Notes under the pieces: generated by a model | Databases searched by the model: none | What the model was told of the DNA's origin: nothing | The model's input: only the letters and a program-made list of their open reading frames with translations | Translations under genes and position numbers: made by a program | Assembly: GCA_038215615.1 (NCBI GenBank) | Contig: JBBQQR010000001.1 | Location: forward strand, 32,001 to 96,000 | From: Vulcanimicrobiales bacterium | GTDB taxonomy: Bacteria > Vulcanimicrobiota > Vulcanimicrobiia > Vulcanimicrobiales > Vulcanimicrobiaceae | Length of the DNA stretch: 64,000 bases | Direction of reading: 5' to 3' | Part shown: positions 47,080 through 56,664 of the stretch, piece after piece | How the letters are laid out: every line of letters starts with the position of its first letter | How positions within the stretch are numbered: the stretch's first letter is position 1

Positions 47080-47676
47080 GTGCGCCGGATGTTGCCCGCC
47101 GCGCTGTTTGCAGCGGTCGTGCTGAGCGCGCCGGGCTGCGTGCACGCGCGGTGGCCCGCAAAAACACTGGCAGACGGGGTGCCGATCCCTTCCAAACCCA
47201 TGGACGGAACAATTAAGCGGCTGCGCGTGATGCCGCGCCCGTCCGGCGTTGATGGTTTTAATGCATCTCGGGTTGAGTCGGAGCGGCAAGTCTATACGGT
47301 CCACGCACAGCTCCTGCGTTTTTCGCTGGCGACCGACGGCGATATCCACTTGGCGATCGCGCAGCCGGGCGATCCCAAAGCCACGATGGTCGCCGAGATA
47401 CCCGATCCGGCGCGCATGACGGGTGCTCTGCCGCGATATGTAACCGAGGTAGCACAAACTCGAGCCATTTTTATAAGGTCTTTCGGCAAGCCGAAGTTCG
47501 GCGTCTGGCGCACCGTGAATCTTCCAGTCATTCTCACCGGGCCGGTTTTCTTCGATCTCATCGACGGACAAATCGGCGGTCAAGCGGCCGTCGCGCCGAA
47601 CGCCGTCGAGATTCATCCCGTCTTACGCATCGCTCTGGAAGGGAAAAGGCAAGATTCTTTGCATCATACGCAGTGA
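47080..47676 (+). CDS. Secreted hypothetical protein (possible OB-fold)
   Basis: Signal peptide; DGDIHL, EIPDP, TGPVFFD, EIHPV motifs. Confidence 0.65.
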   Translation: MRRMLPAALFAAVVLSAPGCVHARWPAKTLADGVPIPSKPMDGTIKRLRVMPRPSGVDGFNASRVESERQVYTVHAQLLRFSLATDGDIHLAIAQPGDPKATMVAEIPDPARMTGALPRYVTEVAQTRAIFIRSFGKPKFGVWRTVNLPVILTGPVFFDLIDGQIGGQAAVAPNAVEIHPVLRIALEGKRQDSLHHTQ

Positions 47677-47810
47677 AATGATGCTTTCAAGTGTAGCGTT
47701 ACGCATGGCCGCCTGGCTCATTTCGCATCATAGCGCCACGGCAAAGGGATAATCGCAGACTTAGCTCTGCCTTTTCGTTTCTTTGCGCTCTCCTATGAGG
47801 GAGTATAGCC

Positions 47811-49295
47811 GTGGACCAATCTAAGACTCCGTACTTTCAAGCTTTGCTCGATTATGTCGACGCGGGCGTCATTCCGTTCCATACGCCGGGCCACAAACAA
47901 GGCATCGGCATGGATTTGGCCTTCCGCGAATTCATCGGCGACAATTTTTGCGCGATCGATCTCACGCCGATGCCGGGCATCGACGACCTGCTGCAGCCGA
48001 CGGAGTCGCTGCTCGAGGCGCAACAGCTGGCGGCGGAGGCGTACGGCGCCGACCACACGTATTTTTTGATCAACGGCTCGACCAGCGGCAACCAATGCAT
48101 GATGATGGCGGCGCTCAATCCGGGCGACAAGCTCGCGGTGCCGCGCAACGCGCACAAGTCGATGCTGGGCGGCCTTGTCATGAGCGGAGTCGAGCCGATC
48201 TACATGCAGCCGGTGATTGATGAAGGTCTGCATATGGACCACTGCGTCACGCCGGAAATCGTCTCCAAGACACTCGAAAAACACCCCGGCGTCAAAGCCG
48301 TTTACGTTGTCACGCCAACGTACTACGGCGTTGCCGCCGACATCAAGGGCATCGTGAAAGTCGCCCGAGCCGCCGGCAAACTCGTGCTCGTAGACGAAGC
48401 CTGGGGCCCGCACTTTCACTTTCACCCGCAGCTGCCGGTGTCGGCCACGGCGGCAAAAGCCGACCTCGTTATCAATTCGACGCACAAAATGCTTTCGGCG
48501 TTCTCGCAGTGCGCGATGCTGCATGAGATCGGGCCGCGCATTCGCATCGACCGGCTTGAGGGCGTGCTGAAGATGTTTCTTTCGACTTCTCCCAATCTGC
48601 CGATGGTCGCTTCGCTGGACGTGGCGCGCAAGCAAATGGCGGTAGACGGCTTGGAATTGCTCTCACGTACCATCGAGCTCGCGCAGGAGACGCGGAGGCG
48701 GCTCAACGCCATCCCGGGCGTTTACTGCTTTGGCGAGGAGCTCAAAGGGCGCCCGGGCGTCTTCGACCTCGACCCGACGAAGGTCACGATTACGGTCAAA
48801 GACCTCGGCTACACGGGATACGAGGCCTCGGCGATTTTGCGCCGCCGGTATAACGTGCAAGTCGAGCTCGCCGATCTCTTCAACGTCGTCGCGCTCTTTA
48901 CGATAGGTACGTCGCAACAGGCGGCTGACCGGCTCGTCCAAGGCGTTGCGGAGTTGGCGCGAGAGGATCGTCCGGTTGATATTTTCTCGCCGTCGGGCAT
49001 ATTAGAGAGGCGGCTGAAGACCGGCAGCTACAAGTTGCCCGCGATTCCGCCGATGTGCATGCTGCCGCGCGATGCATTTCTAGCGCCGACCGAAGCGGTG
49101 CGTTTCAAACAGAGCAAAGGCCGGATCTGCGCGGAAACGATCTCACCCTATCCGCCGGGGATTCCGGTAATCGCCCCGGGCGAGGAACTGACCGACGAAA
49201 TCATCGATTACTTGTCGCTGGAGATTAAAGCCGGAGTCCGCATGCAAGGTCCCTTCGATCGCGAACTTAAGCGCGTCCGCGTCGTCAAGGAATAA
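47811..49295 (+). CDS. PLP-dependent Orn/Lys/Arg decarboxylase (Bacillus SpeA/YaaO type), probably arginine decarboxylase
   Basis: FHTPGHKQG, INGSTSG, RNAHKS, VDEAWG, STHK PLP-Lys, STSP, PYPPGIP. Confidence 0.93.
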   Translation: MDQSKTPYFQALLDYVDAGVIPFHTPGHKQGIGMDLAFREFIGDNFCAIDLTPMPGIDDLLQPTESLLEAQQLAAEAYGADHTYFLINGSTSGNQCMMMAALNPGDKLAVPRNAHKSMLGGLVMSGVEPIYMQPVIDEGLHMDHCVTPEIVSKTLEKHPGVKAVYVVTPTYYGVAADIKGIVKVARAAGKLVLVDEAWGPHFHFHPQLPVSATAAKADLVINSTHKMLSAFSQCAMLHEIGPRIRIDRLEGVLKMFLSTSPNLPMVASLDVARKQMAVDGLELLSRTIELAQETRRRLNAIPGVYCFGEELKGRPGVFDLDPTKVTITVKDLGYTGYEASAILRRRYNVQVELADLFNVVALFTIGTSQQAADRLVQGVAELAREDRPVDIFSPSGILERRLKTGSYKLPAIPPMCMLPRDAFLAPTEAVRFKQSKGRICAETISPYPPGIPVIAPGEELTDEIIDYLSLEIKAGVRMQGPFDRELKRVRVVKE

Positions 49296-49341
49296 CTCGG
49301 GCAGTCGTAAAAAATACACCAAACGGAATTCTTAGTGAGGA

Positions 49342-50877
49342 TTGGTGTTGGCCATTAAAGCCGAATCCATAGCTCCTAACTGGGAGCTGACGCAACTCCT
49401 CGACATCTTCCCGCTCCCCATCCGGCAATCGCTTGTTCGCCTGCCCAACCTCGAGGATATGATCGAGGTTGTACTCGACCTCGGGCGTCCGCCCGAAGCG
49501 CGCTTCGAAAACGATTTCGTCTACCTTTCGGAGACGCCGGTCTCGGCCGAAGACATCGCGCAGGTTAGTTCGCGCCTCTCGGCATTCGGAGCCGACAATC
49601 GCGCGGGCATCGAACAGACGCTGCATCGCATCAGCGCGATCCGCAACCGGACGGGAAAAATCGTCGGCCTGACGTGCCGCGTCGGACGCGCGGTCTACGG
49701 GACGATCGACATCATTCTGGATATTTTGCGCAGCGGTAAGTCGATTTGTTTGCTCGGTCGCCCGGGCGTGGGCAAAACGACGATGCTCCGCGAGTGCGCG
49801 CGCATGCTCTCGGAAGACCGCAAGCGCGTCGTGATCGTCGATACGTCCAATGAAATCGCCGGCGACAGCGATATTCCGCATCCCGGAATCGGCACGGCGC
49901 GGCGCATGCAAGTGACCGATCCGGCACTGCAGCACGGCGTGATGATCGAAGCGGTCGAAAACCACATGCCGCAGGTCATCGTCATCGACGAAATCGGGAC
50001 GGCAGCAGAAGCCGAAGCAGCCCGCACGATCGCCGAGCGCGGCGTCGTGCTGATCGGAACGGCGCACGGGCAGACGCTGGAAAATCTGCTGATGAACCCG
50101 ACGCTGGCCGACCTGATGGGCGGGATCGGCGCAGTCACGCTTTCAGACGAAGAAGCGCGCCGGCGCGGGACCCGTAAGACCGTGCTCGAGCGCAAGGCGC
50201 CGCCAACCTTCGACGTGGTGGTGGAGATTCACGACCGCGACCGCCTGGCGATCCACAAAAATGTCGGGGAGGTCGTTGACGCGCTGCTGCGCGGGTATCA
50301 GCCGCAGCCCGAGATCCGCCAGCGTACCTCCGCGGGCGTTTCCATCGTGCAGGAAGCGGACACCGAGTCCATGCCGCACATCGCGATGGCGCCCAGCTAC
50401 GACGTGCCCGAAGAAGATCGCGACAAGCCGCTGATGATCTTCCCCTACGGCGTCTCGCGCAACAAGATCGAGCGGGCCGTCCACAATCTGCGCGTCAACG
50501 CGTCGATCGCCCGCAAGTGGGACGATGCCGACGTCGTCCTGACGCTGAAAGCCTTAGAGCGAAAAGAGCAGCCGCGGCTCAAGCAGATCGCGTCGGAGAA
50601 TATTCCGATCTACGCGATTAAGACCAATACCACCACGCAGATTCAGAGCTGCCTCAAAGACGTCTTCAATCTGCCCACGCTCGATAACGAAGAAATTGCC
50701 TTGCGCGAAGCCGAGGAAGCCGTTTACCAGGTGCTTCTGGATAGCCAAGCCATCGAGCTTTCGCCGCAGACGTCGTACTTGCGCCGGATGCAGCACCAAG
50801 TGGCCGAAAAGTACCGCCTTCAGTCGCGCAGCACGGGTCTCGAGCCCAACCGCAGGGTACGAATATTTAAAGCCTAA
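49342..50877 (+). CDS. Ycf45/SpoIIIAA-like AAA ATPase with C-terminal R3H domain
   Basis: GRPGVGKTT, VDTSNEIAGD, EAVENHMP, IDEIG, LRRMQH; start may be TTG at 49348. Confidence 0.92.
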   Translation: MVLAIKAESIAPNWELTQLLDIFPLPIRQSLVRLPNLEDMIEVVLDLGRPPEARFENDFVYLSETPVSAEDIAQVSSRLSAFGADNRAGIEQTLHRISAIRNRTGKIVGLTCRVGRAVYGTIDIILDILRSGKSICLLGRPGVGKTTMLRECARMLSEDRKRVVIVDTSNEIAGDSDIPHPGIGTARRMQVTDPALQHGVMIEAVENHMPQVIVIDEIGTAAEAEAARTIAERGVVLIGTAHGQTLENLLMNPTLADLMGGIGAVTLSDEEARRRGTRKTVLERKAPPTFDVVVEIHDRDRLAIHKNVGEVVDALLRGYQPQPEIRQRTSAGVSIVQEADTESMPHIAMAPSYDVPEEDRDKPLMIFPYGVSRNKIERAVHNLRVNASIARKWDDADVVLTLKALERKEQPRLKQIASENIPIYAIKTNTTTQIQSCLKDVFNLPTLDNEEIALREAEEAVYQVLLDSQAIELSPQTSYLRRMQHQVAEKYRLQSRSTGLEPNRRVRIFKA

Positions 50878-50887
50878 GTAGCAACGC

Positions 50888-51895
50888 ATGCGAGGATTTC
50901 TTTCTCTAGCGGTTATCTTGTCTTTGTTTGCGCTACCGGCAGCTCGGGCTGCGACGACGGGCCACACTCCCACCGCCAAACCCGCACCGAAAGTAAGCCT
51001 TGGAGCATTTGTCCGCACCCTACTGCCCAATGCGGCGCAAAATTTTGCCGGCATGCGCGGCGCCAAATACGATTCCGATACGTACTACGTCGAGTACAAA
51101 GCCCTGCCGAAGGCCGGTCTCTGTAAGGCGTGCAAAATTTACGACCAATACGCCCGCGGAAGATATCTCGAGAATTGGTATTTGGAAAACCGCTGGAATT
51201 CAACGTGGAGCACAGCAGCAAACGAGACCTACATCAGGTCGCAATTAGCGCCGGTTCTTTCCGGGTTTGCTCTGCACCGGACGGTTTCGTATTCGTATCC
51301 CACTTTTATGTGGCGAAATTTGGCCGGCGTTTGGGTGTATATCGATACGTATAAAACCGGTTTCACGTTGCGCATCGGGCGCGACCTCGTTACGGCCGTG
51401 CACACGTTATCTCCGCCGAGCAAGCTGCAATTGCAGACGTTGGCAAACGGTGCGACCAATCTCATCCGGCTCGCGCTGCCAGATGCCGGCAACAACTTCG
51501 CATCGCTGCGCGCCCCGGGCAAGAAAAAAGATATACTCGGCAACACATACCAGCTCAATACTTCCTTCGGATCGATGTTTCGCAGCTGCGATCTTTCAGA
51601 TGTCTCGTACGGTTTCGGCTACAAAGATTTCCAACCCAAATGGCTCATCAACTGCCGGACGGTTTCCATGGCAGGCACGAAGGCGGCCCTCGAAGAGACT
51701 GTGCGCGCGGCCGTGTACAATGCGATCCCGAGCGGGTTTACTGCGGTGACCGATGCGTCTGCGTTGCTCTTCGACGATTACCGCTGGGACAACAGCGACA
51801 CGATGGCGTCGGTCAGTATCGGCTCCTTCGAAGACAAAGGCATTGTCAATTTTACGATCTCGATCTTGCACTTCTTGCCTAAGCCCACCAAGTAG
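50888..51895 (+). CDS. Secreted hypothetical protein with internal duplication
   Basis: Signal peptide ending ARA; LLPNAAQNFAGMRG vs ALPDAGNNFASLRA. Confidence 0.75.
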   Translation: MRGFLSLAVILSLFALPAARAATTGHTPTAKPAPKVSLGAFVRTLLPNAAQNFAGMRGAKYDSDTYYVEYKALPKAGLCKACKIYDQYARGRYLENWYLENRWNSTWSTAANETYIRSQLAPVLSGFALHRTVSYSYPTFMWRNLAGVWVYIDTYKTGFTLRIGRDLVTAVHTLSPPSKLQLQTLANGATNLIRLALPDAGNNFASLRAPGKKKDILGNTYQLNTSFGSMFRSCDLSDVSYGFGYKDFQPKWLINCRTVSMAGTKAALEETVRAAVYNAIPSGFTAVTDASALLFDDYRWDNSDTMASVSIGSFEDKGIVNFTISILHFLPKPTK

Positions 51896-51901
51896 CGCCC
51901 G

Positions 51902-52507
51902 CTGTTCATATCATTTGAGGGCATCGAAGGCAGCGGCAAAACGACGCTGCTTTCGGCCGTTGAAGCGGAGCTTCGCAAGGACGGCGGCGATCTGCTCGTG
52001 ACGCGCGAGCCGGGCGGCACGCCGGCCGGCGATGCCATCCGTCGCGTCTTCATCGAACCGCATTTCGAGCTGAGCGCGATGGCCGAGACGCTGCTCGTGA
52101 ATGCATCCCGCGCCCAGCTCGTGACCGACGTCATTCGGCGGGCGCTCGACGCGGGGACGCTCGTTCTGTGCGATCGCTATGTCCACTCTTCGCTTGCCTA
52201 TCAAGGCTACGGCCGCGAACAGCGTCTGGATGCCGTGCGCGCCATTTGCAACGCAGCCACGGGCGGGTTGATGCCCGATCTAACGCTTCTGATCGACGTG
52301 TCGTACGAGACGTCGCGCGAGCGGCTGCACGCGCGCGGCAACGTTGATGACCGTCTGGAAAAAATGGAGGAAGCGTTTCACCGGCGCGCGCGCGCCGGGT
52401 TTTTGGAACTTGCCAAAAGCGATCCACGCATCGTCGTTATCGATGGTGAACGCGACGAAGCGCAGGTCTTTAAAGGCGCCATGGAAGCGATTCGGCGTGC
52501 ACTTTGA
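51902..52507 (+). CDS. tmk: Thymidylate kinase
   Basis: The in-frame region upstream of the ORF call encodes FISFEGIEGSGKTT from CTG at 51902; TREPGG, CDRY, AYQG, PDLT. Confidence 0.95.
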   Translation: MFISFEGIEGSGKTTLLSAVEAELRKDGGDLLVTREPGGTPAGDAIRRVFIEPHFELSAMAETLLVNASRAQLVTDVIRRALDAGTLVLCDRYVHSSLAYQGYGREQRLDAVRAICNAATGGLMPDLTLLIDVSYETSRERLHARGNVDDRLEKMEEAFHRRARAGFLELAKSDPRIVVIDGERDEAQVFKGAMEAIRRAL

Positions 52508-53504
52508 CGTCGTCGGGTCGGAAGGCCCCAAACGTTTCTTCGGGCGCCTGACGAAAGAGACGATCGCGCATGCCTATCTTTTTACCGGGCCGCCGGGAGT
52601 GGGAAAGAAAACGTTTGCGCGCCGGTTGGCGCAGTCGCTGCTCTGCGAGGCGCCCAAAGAACATGTGCTCGGATACGACGGCACGTGCGCTGCATGCAAA
52701 CTTATCGGCAAGGAAGAGACGCGCCATCCCGACTTGCTGGAAAGTATCGGCGCGCTGAAGATTGGCGAGGCCGACGAGCCGATGGCTTTTCACGAAGCCG
52801 ATGCGATCACGTCGCGCGATCTGGTCCGGCAGCTCTCGCTGCGGTCTTATTCCGGCGGTTTTCGCATCTTCGTGTTGGGTGATATCGATTTTGCGTCGCC
52901 GGCCGCAGCTAATGCGCTGCTCAAGTTTTTTGAAGAGCCGCCGCCGCGCGTCGTGCTGCTGCTGACGACGCCGACGCCTTCGCGCTTGCTTGGAACGATT
53001 CGCTCGCGGCTGGTCGAAGTGCGCTTTCCGTCGCTGCGTCAATCCGAAGTCATCGAAATTCTACGGGCAAAAGGCTTCGATCAGAAAAGGGCGCAGCTTG
53101 GTGCAGCGCTTTCGCAGGGTTCGGCAACGCGAGCGCTGGCGGCGCTCTCCGACGACGAGGAACAGCTGCGCGACCAAGTTGCGGACTGGTTTTTCGAAGT
53201 CGTCAAGGGCGAGACACCGCAAGAAGGCTGGGCGTCGCGCGAAACGCTCGACGAAGGGCTAGAGATTGTCAAAACGTTGATGCGCGACTGGATCGCGCTG
53301 CGCTCCGAAGGCGTCGCGGCCGGTGGGGCGCTTGCGGTAGACTATGAGCCGAAGCTCAACAAGCTCCCGAAGATCGACGCAGTCTCAGCGATTGGCGCAC
53401 TCGCCAAAATCGGCGAAGCGCAAAAGCTGGCCCGCACGAACGTTACGCCCGCGCTGGTGAGCGAGTTTGTCCGGATGTCGTTACCAGTAAGGTCGGAAAG
53501 CTAA
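52497..53504 (+). CDS. holB: DNA polymerase III delta' subunit
   Basis: HAYLFTGPPGVGKKT, CAAC, HPD, AANALLKFFEEPP, LLGTIRSR; follows tmk. Confidence 0.92.
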   Translation: MHFDVVGSEGPKRFFGRLTKETIAHAYLFTGPPGVGKKTFARRLAQSLLCEAPKEHVLGYDGTCAACKLIGKEETRHPDLLESIGALKIGEADEPMAFHEADAITSRDLVRQLSLRSYSGGFRIFVLGDIDFASPAAANALLKFFEEPPPRVVLLLTTPTPSRLLGTIRSRLVEVRFPSLRQSEVIEILRAKGFDQKRAQLGAALSQGSATRALAALSDDEEQLRDQVADWFFEVVKGETPQEGWASRETLDEGLEIVKTLMRDWIALRSEGVAAGGALAVDYEPKLNKLPKIDAVSAIGALAKIGEAQKLARTNVTPALVSEFVRMSLPVRSES

Positions 53505-54176
53505 GTCGCTATATTGCTTCGCGACGACCAGGGCGATATAGCCGAGCGCGATTGCGGTGAGCAACGCACTTGCGATTTCGCTGCCGATGTCGCTAAACGG
53601 CAGCCAGTGGGGGACGTAGGTATTGAGCGCGATCCACACGATCAGACAAATGACGACGAGTATAGCTGTCGCCAGTGGCTGCCGGCGCGCGGCCTGTAAC
53701 GACGCGGAGAGCGACGCCCCTCCCGGCGTTCCGCCGATCGCTGCCGCGGGAATCGCGTAAATGAAAGCCCACAAGGCGAGCGCACCGAGGGCCAAAGCAA
53801 CGTAAGCGCTCCCACTCATCGATCCGATGTACCGCGCGATCCAGGTGAGGAAGAAAAACCCGATGACGGCGATCAAAATGTTCCCCGCCTTGCGCCGGCT
53901 ATCGTTCCAAGCCGACGGCAGGTTCGCGCGACCGTGCCGCCATGCGTCATCGGCGAAAATCAGCGAGATGCCGAATGCGAAGCCGTACATGATGTTGATG
54001 AGCAGTGCGATGATGCCGACGCCTGCGCCACCGCTCGCCGCGAAAAACCACACGCTTGCGTACGTCAACCCGATGGCGATCAGCGCCGCGACCAGCGGCG
54101 GAAAAAGTACGCCGAGGTTGCGCGCATAAAGCGGCAACGCTTGAACGTACATCGCCAGGTCGACCTTGCGCGTCAC
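53481..54176 (-). CDS. Integral membrane hypothetical protein
   Basis: ~6 TM helices; GTGA overlap with mtnP. Confidence 0.75.
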   Translation of the reverse strand: MTRKVDLAMYVQALPLYARNLGVLFPPLVAALIAIGLTYASVWFFAASGGAGVGIIALLINIMYGFAFGISLIFADDAWRHGRANLPSAWNDSRRKAGNILIAVIGFFFLTWIARYIGSMSGSAYVALALGALALWAFIYAIPAAAIGGTPGGASLSASLQAARRQPLATAILVVICLIVWIALNTYVPHWLPFSDIGSEIASALLTAIALGYIALVVAKQYSDLAFRPYW

Positions 54177-54976
54177 GCGCGAGCACCTTGCAATGCCGAT
54201 TGGCAGCCGCACGTTCCTTTGACGTCGATTTTCTCGACGATGCGGGAGATCGCGCCTTTTACCCGGGCGTTGTTGCGGTTGAAGACTTCGATGACCTCAT
54301 GATGGGAGACCGGCGGGCCCTCCAAGCCTTCCAGACCGACGTCGTAATCGGTGATCAGCGAGATGTTGACGTAGCACATTTCGAGTTCGCGCGCCAGATA
54401 GCACTCCGGGTACTGGGTCATGTTGATGACTTCCCAACCCGCCGACGCAAACCACTTGGACTCCGAACGCGTCGAAAAGCGTGGCCCTTGCACGACGACG
54501 ATCGTGCCGCGTTCGTGGGTGTCGATGTCGAGCGACTTCAACGCCTCGATCGCGATCGGGCGCAGCTGCGGACAGTACGGGTCGGCGAAGCTGACGTGTG
54601 TGGTGATGGGTCCGTCGTAGAACGTGTCTACGCGGCCGGTGGTCCGGTCGACCACTTGGTCGGCGACGACCATCGAACCCGGTGCGACGTTCTTGGCCAG
54701 CGAGCCGCACGCCGTTGGGCCGATGATGCGTGTGACTCCGAGCGCCTTCATCGCCCACATGTTGGCGCGATAGTTGATCATGTGCGGCGGAATGCGATGG
54801 GCCTTGCCGTGGCGCGGCAGAAAGGCGACCTTCTTGCCGGCGATCTCCCCCAGAGCGAAAGCGTCGCTCGGTGAACCGTACGGCGTCTCGACCTCGACCT
54901 CGCGCGCGTTTTCGATCAGCGAATAAAACCCGGAGCCCCCGAAGACACCGATGTCGGCACGTTCTTTTGTTTGCAT
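54173..54976 (-). CDS. mtnP: S-methyl-5'-thioadenosine phosphorylase
   Basis: GVFGGSG, TPYGSPS, LPRHG, NYRAN, GPRFSTRSES, INMT, TDYD. Confidence 0.95.
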   Translation of the reverse strand: MQTKERADIGVFGGSGFYSLIENAREVEVETPYGSPSDAFALGEIAGKKVAFLPRHGKAHRIPPHMINYRANMWAMKALGVTRIIGPTACGSLAKNVAPGSMVVADQVVDRTTGRVDTFYDGPITTHVSFADPYCPQLRPIAIEALKSLDIDTHERGTIVVVQGPRFSTRSESKWFASAGWEVINMTQYPECYLARELEMCYVNISLITDYDVGLEGLEGPPVSHHEVIEVFNRNNARVKGAISRIVEKIDVKGTCGCQSALQGARA

Positions 54977-55016
54977 GGCGGGCGCTGTTCTTTAGAAAAC
55001 GGGCGAGCCCCTCGCG

Positions 55017-55490
55017 CTAGCGGTTAAAATCGCCGGGTTTGAGATCCTCGATAAACTTCTTGAACTTCTCGATATCCGCTTCGCCCGTTTTTTCGCTGGA
55101 GATCGATTCTTCGAGCACGATTTTGTCGGCGACGTAAATCGGCGCGCTCATGCGTAGCGCCAGTGCGATGCCGTCGGAAGGGCGCGTGTCTACTTCTTGC
55201 AGTTCGCCGTTCTTACGCACGACGAGTTTGGCGAAGAACGTGGACTCGCGAATGTCGTGAATGACGACTTGTTCGAGTCGCGCTTCGAGCGTTTCGAAGA
55301 TCGTGCGGATGAGATCGTGCGTGAGCGGGCGCGGGACTTGTGCGCCTTCGAGCGCCAGCGCAATCGCGGTCGCTTCGAACGGGCCGATGAGAATTGGAAG
55401 AAAACGTTGTCCGTCGACGTCTTTGAGGATGACGACCGGATCGTGCGTGAGCAGATCGATCCCGAGCTTATCGACCTTCATCTGGCGCAT
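55017..55490 (-). CDS. Bifunctional nuclease family protein (DUF151)
   Basis: PVVILK, LPILIGPFEA, RPLTHDL, DTRPSDGIALALR. Confidence 0.93.
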   Translation of the reverse strand: MRQMKVDKLGIDLLTHDPVVILKDVDGQRFLPILIGPFEATAIALALEGAQVPRPLTHDLIRTIFETLEARLEQVVIHDIRESTFFAKLVVRKNGELQEVDTRPSDGIALALRMSAPIYVADKIVLEESISSEKTGEADIEKFKKFIEDLKPGDFNR

Positions 55491-55569
55491 GCTTATCCAA
55501 ACGTACGCGCTCGGAAGCGCTCTGCCTGCCAGGTCGCGGCAGCAGCCCAGCCGAACGGAGCGCGGTTCC

Positions 55570-56664
55570 ATGGCGCTATCCTGCGGTATCGTCGGCTTGC
55601 CCAACGTCGGCAAGTCCACAATCTTTAACGCGCTCACGCGGTCCGCGCAGGCGTTGGCTGCCAACTACCCGTTTGCGACGATCGAACCCAATGTCGGCGA
55701 GGTGCCCGTGCCCGACGAGCGGCTCGATGCGCTCGCGGAGATCGAAAAGTCCGAACGCATCGTTCCGGCGACCGTCCGCTTTGTGGATATCGCCGGCTTA
55801 GTGCGCGGCGCGAGCTCCGGCCAGGGGCTGGGCAACGCATTCCTGAGCCACATTCGCGAGACCGACGCGATCGCGATGGTCGTCCGGTGCTTTCACGACG
55901 AGAACGTGGTGCACGTCGAAGGTGGGCCCGATCCGGCCCGCGATATCGAAATCGTCGGACTCGAGCTGGCGCTGGCGGACCTGGCGTCGCTGCAGAAGCG
56001 GGTCGATAAACTCGCGCGCGAGGCCCGCGCCAATCCGAAGCTGCGGCCCAAGGTCACGGCTACCGAAAAACTGATCGCGGCCTTGGAGCAAGGCCGGCCG
56101 GCGCGCTCGTTTCCGCCGGGCTCGGACGAGGCGGAAGTGGCCGCCGAATCGTTTCTGCTGACCGCTAAGCCACTGCTGTACGTGGCCAACGTCGATGAGG
56201 AACAACTGGCGCAGCCTGGGCCGCTGGTGCTCGCCGTGGAGGCCATTGCCAAGGGTGAGGGCAGCCGCGTCGTAGTCTTGAGCGGGAAGGTCGAGGCCGA
56301 ACTGGCCGGGCTGACCGACGCGGAGGCCGTCGAGTTCCGGCACGAGCTCGGCATCGAGCGCAGCGGACTGGACCGCCTGGCAGCCAGCGCCTACGACGCG
56401 CTCGGGCTGATGACATTTCTGACCGCCGGCCCCAAGGAGAGCCGTGCCTGGCCGATCGGGCGCGGAACCAAGGCGCCGCAGGCTGCCGGCACCATTCACA
56501 CCGACATCGAGCGCGGTTTCATCCGGGCAGAAATCATAGACTACGCTGACTACGTGCGCTATAAAACGATGGATGCGCTGCGGGCCGCGGGTAAGGTGCG
56601 CAGTGAGGGTAAGGATTATGTGATGCGAGAAGGCGATGTCGTGAACTTTCGGTTTAACGTTTGA
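55570..56664 (+). CDS. ychF: Redox-regulated ATPase YchF
   Basis: GIVGLPNVGKST, ANYPFATIEPN, DIAGLV, IHTDIERGFIRAE, FRFNV. Confidence 0.98.
   Translation: MALSCGIVGLPNVGKSTIFNALTRSAQALAANYPFATIEPNVGEVPVPDERLDALAEIEKSERIVPATVRFVDIAGLVRGASSGQGLGNAFLSHIRETDAIAMVVRCFHDENVVHVEGGPDPARDIEIVGLELALADLASLQKRVDKLAREARANPKLRPKVTATEKLIAALEQGRPARSFPPGSDEAEVAAESFLLTAKPLLYVANVDEEQLAQPGPLVLAVEAIAKGEGSRVVVLSGKVEAELAGLTDAEAVEFRHELGIERSGLDRLAASAYDALGLMTFLTAGPKESRAWPIGRGTKAPQAAGTIHTDIERGFIRAEIIDYADYVRYKTMDALRAAGKVRSEGKDYVMREGDVVNFRFNV

Noticed and set aside
46545..47676. HNH nuclease plus neighbour as a toxin-immunity or restriction system
   Set aside because: The HNH is the common stand-alone VLVLN-type with no methyltransferase, and the neighbour is secreted, so it cannot be a cytoplasmic antitoxin.
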